Shown piece by piece: positions 50,125-60,760 of a stretch of 64,000 nucleotides of DNA. The stretch is from assembly GCA_001179505.1 (NCBI GenBank), contig CDMY01000248.1, forward strand, positions 85,303 to 149,302, written 5' to 3'. Position 1 is the stretch's first letter. Every line of letters begins with the position of its first letter. The notes under the pieces were generated by a model. That model did no database searches. It was not told the origin of the DNA and saw nothing but the letters and a program-made list of their open reading frames with translations. The position numbers and the translations under genes are program-made. Source of the DNA: Vitrella brassicaformis CCMP3155. Taxonomy: Eukaryota > Protista > Chromerida.

Positions 50125-53100
50125 TCAGTCCACGACGACAGAGGCCGCCTGAGGCATGGCTGCCCCCGCCATGCCTCCGCCCGACCCGCTGGGTGCGCCC
50201 CGCGAGAGCCGCCCGCTGCCGTCACTCTCGTCCGTCCCCTGCTCCCCACCACTGCCACCATTACCGCCCCCTGCAACCGACTGACCCGCCTCGCGGGCAA
50301 GGTTCGTCTGCGAAGGGCCGCGCATGGCTGCTGCCGGCTTGGGAGCCGCCGGGGGAACGAGTCGTGGCACCGTCAGGGAGGGGAGGATCTCTGGGTCATC
50401 CATGTCGGGCGGCCTGCAAGGGAAAGAAGCACACGGGGGAGACGGGCGGTGACATGGCATGTTGGTGTGATGTTGCATGTGGTGCTGGCGTGGTGTGGTG
50501 TGGGGTGGGCGGCTCACTTGCTAAGGCAGGGCCGTTTGGCGTCTGAGGAGCCGGCCTGGGCGTCATGGTTGGCCTGAGACCTGCAGACAGACAGATAACC
50601 ACCGACCATACACGAGATGCATCTCACGTCAGCTGAGGCAGCCTTGCCCACTCCCCTTCTCGCTTGGCTCTCACTTGCGCTTCACGTGAACAGGCGGCAC
50701 GAGCGGCAGAATGAACGAGCCCCTCTTGCTGCTCTTGCCCGTGTGGGCGCCTCCTCTCCCCGAAGACCCCTTCGCCGCCCGCCCAGGGCCCCCGGAGCGG
50801 CTCGTGTCAGCCGCCCCTCCTCCAGAGAGCTCTGGTACGGTGACGTTCGCCCTGCCGGGACCCGAAGGGCACGAGTGAGATGTCGGCCGGTCAGCAGAGG
50901 GCGGTCGCAGGAATGGGTGAGTCAGCAACGGCCGCGCATGCTGGCTTGGGTTTGGTGCGAGTGCCGACTTGATAGGCGGCTGGGTGGGCGTGGGGAAGGC
51001 CGACGGCTGGAGAATACTCAACGCAGCAGCTGCACACAACACACACCAAGGTACGAGCAGTGATGTCTGAGTCAGATCGGTTGGTGTGCCGGTGTTTGCT
51101 AACCTGCAGACGACTGCGAGAAGAGGGGGAACGTCGTATGCGCGGCGCCTCCGAGCCCCTTGTTTGCCAGGGCAGCCTGATCCACGACGCCCAGGTCCGG
51201 CCGCTGTAGCCCCATCCCGCCATAGCTCGCCGGGATCTGCTCCAGTGGCTTCTCTTTGCCATACGTTGCCGGAATCTCCTCCATCCCCTCGAGCGATACC
51301 GACGCCTTGCCCACACCACCACCACCACCGGCAGCGGCAGCGGCAGGAGCGTTCGGATCCTGGGCCCTCTTGATGGGGCTGGTGGATGGGGATGGGCCAC
51401 CGACGGCGGTGAAGTGCTCCAGCGAGCCGAGAGCGAAGAGGGAAGGCCGCACATCGGACAGCTGAGCAGCCGCCTCCCTCTCCTCCCCTCCTGCTGCCGC
51501 TGGTGCTGTCGGTCCAGTCGGTGGCTTGTTGTGTGGGAGTGTGAAGGGGAATGGGTGAGGCCCGGGGGGCGCGATGGCCGCCAGGGCGTTGAGGGCCAAA
51601 GCAGCCGTGTCGGGCGACGTCGTGTTGGACCGTGAGCCGCCGGACGGCACAAAGGACATGGCGGGCGGCGAGATGGGCGGGACCAGGTTGCTCTTGGCGA
51701 GCTGCTTGCCGGACCCACTGGCCGAGCTGGCTCCCTTGCCCGCCATGCTCTCGAGCGACGGCAGCGACATGAGCTCCGGCCGGTCGCCGCCCCCCACCAC
51801 CGCGTCGAGAGGGAACACCGGAGGCACCACGGGGTTCTTGACGCCCGTGTACTCGCCCTTCCTGGCCGCCTTGAACTGAGCGGCCACTGCTGACGGCGGC
51901 ACGAGGGGGGCCGCAGGGGGCGAAGTGCCAGCCATGGGTGGATTTGGCAGGGGTGGCAACGGGGGTGGTCTGACCTTGCCCGGCTGAAAGGGGGCTGTGG
52001 TGGTCGACGCCTGTGTCTGTGCCTGTGCCGTCTTGGTCTTGAGGGCTTCGAGCACCTCGGCGATCTTGCGCATGGGCTCGATTTCGCGTTTCTTCTGCTC
52101 CTTGAGCTCGGGGATGGAGGGCAGCTCGGGGTCGCCGACAGGCAGCTGTTTGGTGGTGTCGAGTGCCATGAGGCTGGCGATGGCCTGGCGGGAAAGGGCG
52201 GCGCCCTCTGCAGGGGTGGAGGGAAGATTGTTGAGGCTCCGCTCCATGATGGCCTTCTGCTGCACGGCCTCCTTGAGCCTCTCCAGCTCCGCCCACGTAC
52301 CCGGGTCAATGTCAACCTCACTCCTGCAGACACCACGAGACACACACAGACGAGTGGAATACCAATACATTCAGACGGATAGCGTGTGTGGCTTACAGGT
52401 CAGCCTTCCTGCGGCGTCTCCTCTTGCGCATCACGGCCGGCGGCACATCCCTGGTGTGCTCGCTGATGAGGTCCGACACACCCGACTTGCCGTCCGTCGC
52501 AGACTGGTCGTAGTCCTTCGGAGGCGCCAGAGGGGGCACGATGTCGTCCTCATCGGGCCCACCGTCAGGCGAGACGCCGCAAGTCCATCTGCCCTTCCGC
52601 CCTCTCTGTTGCTGCTGGGCACGCGCACTCCTGTTGATGAAGTCCTTGAGCCGATGCAGTGACGGGTCGATGTCGTCGTCGAGAGCCTTGCCGCTCTTGC
52701 GCTGGCGCTTCTTGCTGCCCTTGGCCGCCTGGATCTTGTCGCCTGGCTTGTACTCGCCATCCCGCTCGCCCCTCTGGCCCTTCCTGGGCCGCCCCCGCCC
52801 CCTCTTGACAGGCACGTCCTCGATCGCCACGTCATCGTCTTGCTCCATGTCCTCATCGCTGTCTTGATAGAGGTCGGGGTCATCGAGGTCCAGACCCTGC
52901 GACTCGCCATCGCCATTCTCATATACCGAGTCGCTCTCGCCCTCGTCAGAGTACATGTCGGCGTCCGAGCTGGCCTTCCGGCCCCAACGGTCGCGGTCGC
53001 GCGGCGCCTGCTTGTGACGGTCGCCCTCTGTCCGCCCCTCTTCCTCCAGCTGACGTACTGCCTCGAGCAGGCAGCGAAGACCATCGTGCGCCGGGTCATG

Positions 53101-54409
53101 CAGCCAGTCGGGGGCCTCGCCTGACGTCTCGTCGCTATCCTCCGTCGCCTCAGAGAAGGCCAGCGCCTTCTTGCTGGGCCGCCCCCTCTTCTGAGCCGCC
53201 TTGGGCGGACGTCCCCTGCGCTTCGGTGGGGGCTTGGTGAGAGGGACGTCTGGCTCGTGCTGATCAACGGGCTTGGGGCGCCTGGCGCGCATGCCGAGCA
53301 TGGCGGAGGCGGAGACGGCATTGCGGCGCTCCCTGAGGGACATCCGGTCGCCCGTCGACATGCGCACTGTCTTGGGCCGCTCTGGTGTGGGCAGGTGCGG
53401 GTGTGGCCCCTCCCTGTGGCGTCGGTTGGACTCCCCCTGGTCCTGGAAGGCCTCGACGGCAGCGTCGAGGGCCCTGGGGCGGTCAACGCGGGGCGTCTTG
53501 CTCTCAGAAGGCAGCTCGCTGTAACGGTCGGGCTCATCCTTGACTGAACACAACAAATGAATAGCAGGGGGAGAGGGCATGGTATGCGATGCGGGTGGCG
53601 AGGTGTCTGGTGCGTGTAGGTGTTACCTGTAGGTGTCTTGTCCATCATGGCCCTGTCGTGGCTATGTTCACGCGCCTTTGGCAGCCTGTGCCTCTGACCG
53701 TCACCCACCTGCACACACAAGCGTACAACGCGACCGTTAGGGGCGCTGGTGTGCTAGTGTGTCCCCGTTCTGATAGCCCAGCGCATGGGCTGGCCTCATG
53801 TGCATGGCCTTGCCTTGCTGTACCTCTCGAGCGGCCTGAGAAGCTCCAGCGGCCTCACCTGACCTGAAAATGCAGACAAGTCAGACACGGGAAGGTCGTC
53901 AGCTGCAATCTGCATCCTCTCTCTGCCTGTGCCTGCCCTCTTGCCCATCCCCTGGCCTCTGTGTGTGTATGTACCTGTCGCGTATCACACTATCGTCTTG
54001 AGGTTTGTCCTCCCCCTCCCCAGCGAGTCTCAGCAGCTCCCTCTCCTCCTCAGTGTATCCCTCACTGCTAAAGCCGAGCCGACGATGGGGCGACGCCTCC
54101 ACCCCATCGGCACTACCAGCAGCCTGACCGACAACAGGCAGACGAACACCACACATGCACGAGACGTCCACGTGTGTGTCCTTGACTTCTGGTGAAGTCG
54201 GGCAACGGCATCAGTGATGCCCACGCACACGCGAGAGCTGCCTGTGGCCTTTGTGAACCCACCTGCGATGCTCCAGCGCCCCCGTCCTTCTTGGACGCCT
54301 CCGGCTCACGCAACATCCCCAGTCGGCTTCTAACGGCGGCAGGCACCTCGCGCCGTTGCGGCTTTCCGTTTCGATCAACAGGAATCGCGCAACCCTCCCT
54401 CTCCGACAA
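50125..54409 (-). CDS. Large low-complexity nuclear protein with AT-hook motifs
   Basis: KRRGRPPK, KRGRPSKK and KRGRGRPRK in exon 52393-53550; phases are consistent through to ...ASVVVD*. The start is uncertain. Confidence 0.7.
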
Positions 54410-54538
54410 CCAATGTCACCCTCAGGCAGGGGGAATAGACAGAAACCGGCGAACTGCAGAGGCCGGAATTAGAGGGAAAGGCCCACTTTTACGGGAACTT
54501 GCACGCACTTGCACACCCTAACCCCCGGAGCGACTGGA

Positions 54539-56359
54539 ATGGCAGAAGAGAAAGGTACACCGATTCGTCGCCCTTTTGACAGATCCCACGCCTGCACTCT
54601 TAAGATGCAGACGGTTGTGCTTCGTCGGGCATTGATGTCGTCATCCCTGCGCATGAGAAGGGTGAGCACATGCTGAGCTGCTCCTGCAGATCTCGCACAT
54701 CGACTTCCTCTCCTCTACTTTTGGTCGCAGATCACGCCACGCTGGCTGCTGCACTTGCATCCGTCCAGCGGCATCTGCCAGAAGCCAGGCGCATCGTCAT
54801 CGTCTCAAAGGTGAGAGTATGGCACCGCAGGAAGCACACGAACACTTTGGCATACACATCTCGTCGTTGTGTGCAGGAGCCCTTCGATGGAGCAGCAGCC
54901 CTTCGGCTGTGTGAGTGGTTCCCTGAAGGCGAGTTCACTTCCTAGTACGCATGGTGAAACGACACGCCATCCTTATCCACGGCAGAGTGCTCATGCACAT
55001 GGGTGTCTGATTGCCCTGTGTGTCAGTTTCTGTCAACACGTCACCAGCTCGAATGGCGCCTTCGCGTGCGACGGATGGGTGCTGCAGCAGCTGATCAAGC
55101 TGTACTGCTTCAGAGTCATCCCAGGGCTGCGGGACCATGTTCTCGTCATGGATGGTACGAATCAGCAGCGGGGGAAGGGAGAAGAGAGGAGGACGCTCGC
55201 CATGCATCTTATTGTGTCTGTGTTGCCGTCCTTCAGCCGATCTCATCTGGCTGCGTCATGTGACCTTTCTTCATTCGGCGACCACCAATGCGCCGGCCTC
55301 TTCCCAGCCGTCGAGTGTGCAGGGGTGCGTCTTCTCACTCGCCGAGCAAGACGTGCCACACGTCCGCTCGCGGGTCGACCTTCACCGCTATGACGACTTC
55401 ATAGAACGGTTCATTCCAAACCAGCCCATCAGGTATCGTCTCTGGCCCAGCGTGAGTCGCTCTTGGAACACTTAAGTGGTTCTCCTCTCTCTGTTTGTGG
55501 TGTGATGGCCACAGGAAACGTCACCCGAGGGCGGAAACAGCCGTGGTGCACCACTGCCTTTTCCAGCGGCACGTTGTGGAATCGCTCCTGACAACAGTGG
55601 AGGCCGCCTATGCTGAGCAGGTGATGAGTGGACGATGCGAAAGCTCATGGCCTGCATGTTGCTCGTGTCATGATGCAGGGCTCTCCCCAGCGCTTCTTTG
55701 AAGCCTTTCTGGCGTCAAGCGTCGAGCTGGGGTGGGCGAGTAAGGTCGAAAGCCGTGTGTGGAATTGGCAGTCCTTGTGTGGGTCGTTTATGCAGAGGAA
55801 GAGTGAGCGAGTACGAGCTCTACGTCAGCTTTGCGCGTCAGTTCTTCTCGGAATCGATCAAGGTGGGCGACGCGGCAGGCAGCATGACCACATCGCACCA
55901 TGGCACGTTGCTCACTGCTCTGCTCCGGTTGTGTGAGTGCAGGAGCGTCCGCTGTCGCTTTATGTTGTCCAAGACTGGAGCGGTGCCTTGGGCGACCCCC
56001 CTCCTGGTGTCGATTCCATCGTCTCACACTCACACCTGAGGTATCGTATCGGTACACAAACAAGTGCACAACCAGCCATCAGCCTGGCAGTGCCTTGCCC
56101 GTGTGCGAATGACTCTGTCTGTCCGTGTAGGGGCCTGTCACCGCACGAGCTCCTGAATCGGGAGGGGATCCTTGGCAGCGCCTCGGGCAGCAGAGGGCCG
56201 GACGGCAGCGATGTCTTGAGGCAGCAGCAGATGCGTGGCTGGGCCACGCGACAGTTTGCCCGCCGCATGGCATCCATCAATGCAGCTGACAGGGGCGATA
56301 GCGGGGGGATGACGCTTTACTTGTCTAACTTGCTTGCTGCGGTAGAGAAGGCGACGTGA
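54539..56359 (+). CDS. GT-A-like glycosyltransferase (DUF6492-like)
   Basis: IDVVIPAHEKD, GWVLQQLIKL, VLVMD...DVTF, HHCLF and SEYELYVSF follow the order of motifs recalled for DUF6492-type proteins. Confidence 0.65.
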
Positions 56360-56452
56360 GCGTGACTGACTGAGGCGCCGTGCAATGCAGTATGTTTACA
56401 TACCAAACCCGAACCCTGCAGGTGCAGAAGTGCGCACCACTTCCGAAGTTGC

Positions 56453-59400
56453 GTGCACTTTCGCAAAAGGCAGAGAGAGTTCTACCGTGAAGGCGTGTGG
56501 ATCGCGTCCATGGCCAATTTCCAAATGCAGGACATCATGGAAGGTCAGGTTGGAGGTGAGCGCAACGAAGCGAATGCGTGGGTGGAAGGCAGACGCCGAC
56601 CATGGATGGCATCCTCTCTGCAAATGCGTCCCTTGTGTGCAGCTGCGTCGACGACTGGGGGCGTTGGCGAGGAGGATGACAGAGGTAGGAGATCAAGATC
56701 AGCTCGGTTCGCCATCACAGATGGTGGATCTGGTGGCATCTGATGGCAGGTGTGCTGGACGAGGCCAAGATCATGGAGACCACCATGATGGCAATGGAAT
56801 CTGAGGAGACTGAGGAGGCCGGTATGCACAGCAGCCACGTCCAAGATACATGTAACGAAACCATGAATGTGTGTGGATTGGACATGTCATGTGTGGCAGA
56901 GTGTGATGCCATGTGCACAGGTGGGTGAGACACGCCACATCACCACATACCACATACCACACACCACACACCATACACATCCCACGGCTCACCCTTTTGT
57001 GTGTCCCATGCGGGTGTGTGTGGAGGTGTTCGACGCATCACGAGCTGCCCCGACCTGCCGCAGCACAAGAAACTCGGTGAGTGAATGGGGAGAGGGGGGG
57101 GGGCTTCTCTGTCGTCGATGTCATGTCAAACGCGTTTCCGTCTGGTGGTGTCGTGTGTGCGCAGAAATCGACATTGAGACGGCCATTGCCATCGTCATGG
57201 ACCTCAAGGAATGGCACGAACTCAAGCAAGAGCTGAGCAAGAAGGGTGGGCGACGCCCCTCACCCACCACACACGCACACATGCACACACACATGGACAC
57301 AGCACAGGGTGGGTGGCTCACCAAATGTTTGTGTGCTGTGGATGTGTGTACGTCAGGCACCACGACCGAAACCATAGGGTGGATACATCGCACAATGTGC
57401 ATGATACACACACACACACACATGCTGGCTCTCTCCTTCCCCCTTGCAGGCGCGAGTATGCCGTGGAAGCGTTTCAGATTCTCCCTGACCCCACTCGCAC
57501 CAAGAAGCGCATCACACTGCCAGAAATGACCGAAGTATGCAGCCATTTGTCCACCTGTGCGTCTTGCTTGGCATGCATCTCTTTTGTGCGCATTTTGTGT
57601 GTGTGTGTGTGTGGTGTAGGGCGTCCTACAGCTGTGCCATACTCACTTCAAGTTCGTTCCCAAGAAGAGCATGACCGGTGGGGATGACACACACAGACAG
57701 ACACCACCACACCAAAACACCTGCAAATGTGTGTATGTGCGTGTCGAATGTCTCCCCTTTCAGATAAGTTTGTGTACAACTATGCGGACGTCTTCAGAGC
57801 TGTAGAGACAGGAAACAAGTACCAGCCCCCCCGCCTCTCTCACTCTCTGTCTCATATGTGTGGTTGTATGTGTGGTTGTATGTGTGGGTGTGCAGCTCCC
57901 TGCAGGTCGATTTCACTCCCACGCTGATCGGTGTTCCGCCCATCTGCTTCCGATTGACGACGGACATCCCGGTAGAGACATCGATGCCCACGCACGTCTT
58001 TTCTTTTCATTTACGTACGCATCTTGTCGTCAGGATGGCGCCAACTCTGTGGTGGAGCTCATTAAGGATAAGGCCAAAATGCAGGCCTGCACAGGTACCG
58101 ATCACAAAGCGGAGGCCACACGGTGTCTGTCTGTCTGTCTGTGTGGTGTCACTTGTGTGCTGCGGTTATGTGTCAGATGCTGTGGAGGCTCCAGTAGAGT
58201 TGAAAGAGGTGCTCACATCCGCCGCGTTCATAGCACCAGAATTCCAATACTGGACGACGGTCTGCGAAACGACGCCTTGCCCCTCATCCATCCCCATGGA
58301 TCCATCCATGTGTCCTTGTGCGCTGCAGGGCATCTTACACGTGTACCAAGACAGGTTCGTCTTCATCCCTGAGGAGCCCGCCCAGAGCAGTACGCACACA
58401 CACAGACACACACAGACACAGACAGACACACAGACACACGTGTGGGAGACCACCGACCACCCATGTCGAGAAACGCCCGCGTGTGGGAGACCATGCAGTG
58501 GATGTTGGTTTCGACGCTTCTGCATCAGGCCCCCCTGCTGCTGCTGCTGCTGCTGCATCAGTCTTCGCTGCTACATCAGGTACCACACACACACACACAC
58601 ACGCACGCACAGACAGACAGACACACACAGACACACACACACACGTGAATGCTTCCGACGTCATTGTCCTGCAGTTCGGATTGAGCGAGACTTCCAGTCG
58701 GTCGAAAGCGTCTACTACGACGGGCAGACGGAAGAGTAACCGACATCTTTCCACCCACTCGCCCATCCACCAACCCACCCACACTCATACCTTTACCTGA
58801 TGATGTCGTGTCTTATGCAGCTGCATCGTCATTGAGTTCATCGACAACCTGTACCTCACGGTCAAAATCAGGTTCAACGACAAATCGGTGAGCGTCGCCC
58901 CCACACAAACTCACATGAGGAAATGCATTTCCTCTTTCTTGGTCATCAGCTGGCTTGCGAGTTCATCGAGACTGTGAAGAGATTCGCCCGAGAGCAAGGG
59001 ACCGGCTTCGCTACGGACAAAGTGGGGGTAAGAGGCAAACGCAGTCGACACGGATGGCACTGTGTGCCTTGTGGCAGCATCGTGTGGGTACAAGGCGTCG
59101 TCTTTCAGCGCAGGTCAGTGCACACAAACATGAGAGACGCATGCCGTCGAGTGCAGGCTCACCAACACAACCACAACAAGGCACGAACGCAGATCCATAC
59201 CAACCTGTGAATATTGCTCAGGCGGCGGCAAGAGCACCGGCAGCCGCGGTAGACACACATGTCACATATAATGGCCCCCTGACACACCTCTCTCTCTCTG
59301 TGTGTGTGTGTGTGTGTGTGTATGTGTTTGTGGCTGTGTTCGTGTAATGCAGCGCTCGAGTGAGATGGCGGGGGGGCTTGGCATGGCGTCTGGGGACCTG

Positions 59401-60070
59401 CGCTCGTTGTGTGTGCACATGAATGCAGGTTTTTGCAGCTCGACGCCAACTGGGGCGACGATTCTGAGGTGAGCTCTACACAAAATTGCACTTCAATGGA
59501 AGCCACTTATCTGTGTGTCTGTGTGTGTGTCTGTTGGCTCGGCGCAGGGCCGAGTGTTCGTGTTCTCCGGTCACATTGAATTTGAAGAAACCAACAAACG
59601 TACCGTAGCCAAAGGTAAGCGAAACGTGTTCAGCACACCTCTAGCCACACGATACACGCCTCTCCACCGTTGTGTCTGTCAGCTGAGTCGCATGCCAAGA
59701 TCGACAAACTCGTGTTCAGCCAGATTCAAAAAGTCACATACGACACATCAAAGTGAGAGAGAGCGCGCTCCAGCTAACCAAGGCCACACACACACGCAAC
59801 CTGCCTTCTCTCAGCAATGAGGCGACGCTCCACTTCGTTGATGAGGAGATGGAGCCTCTCGTCATTAATTTCATACCGACGGTGAGCAACACACCGCCAC
59901 TCTCATTCATCGTGTGTGTGTGTGTGTGTGTGGCATGGATGGTGTGTATGAGGTATTTCACCCAGAAAGGCGAATATGGGGAGGATGAAGACGAATCACT
60001 AGACATAGACCTCGCAACTCTCGTACCTAGGCCACATACACAGACACACAGCTGGACACAGATAGAGAGG
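56453..60070 (+). CDS. Multi-exon protein: helical N-terminus plus about three tandem PH/GRAM-like domains, paralog B
   Basis: Spliced peptides GVLQLCHTHFKFVP / KFVYNYADV / SLQVDF, then GILHVYQDRFVFIP, then GRVFVFSGHIEF / KIDKLVFSQIQKV / ATLHF. Exon layout parallels locus 38288-42506; both ends are uncertain. Confidence 0.55.
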
Positions 60071-60760
60071 CTGGTGTGGTGTGGTGTGGGTTGGTGCAGG
60101 GCCTGGTGTGACTGTGTGTGGCATGCAGGCCATGAATCGCTGCCTACGTTATATATCTGGACGAGTCATTAGCTATTCGGATGACTGGACGGGTGTACCG
60201 GATGAGTGTGGTGTGGTCTGGTGTGGTGTGGGACAGCCCCTGTAGTTGCTGAGACATTGAACTGACTGATGTGGCCATGGGCATGGAATGAGTCAATCGA
60301 ACCACGGTTCAACAGCACTAGCCAACGAAACAAAAGAAATCAGACTGGACACAATATGTACACCCCAGACAGAGATGAAGCCATCGGTCACCCCCGCGGA
60401 CAGCCACCCAGTCTACACACACCGCCACCCAATGGCACACACACCGATCCACACCACCACCAACACGCAATAGCCATCAGGGCCATCTCGGTCAGGTACA
60501 TATCGGTGCGCTTCATATCAGTTTGCAATGCTCGCCGTGAATTGAGGTCACACAGTCATCCGGCCATTCCATTCATTCAGACGGACACAGAGGTCAACCA
60601 CTCTGAGCACTGCATCCACATGAAATGGTCATGAAGCACCCGTCCCCGCCCCTCGTAGATACAATCCGTCTATACACATCAAGCCTCCCATACCCATATC
60701 GCTCTGCCAACACCTCAGCCCACCCCTCCTGCTACACGGCCCTGTGCTGCCGCCCCTCGG

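Noticed and set aside
50671-53720. Long overlapping ORFs of 541, 484 and 429 aa
   Set aside because: Alternative frames of the GC-rich AT-hook gene with Arg/Pro/Ala-biased composition; only one frame splices consistently.
54510-54525. Telo-box-like ccctaa (also 9443 and aaaccc at 56404)
   Set aside because: Short, inexact and expected by chance.
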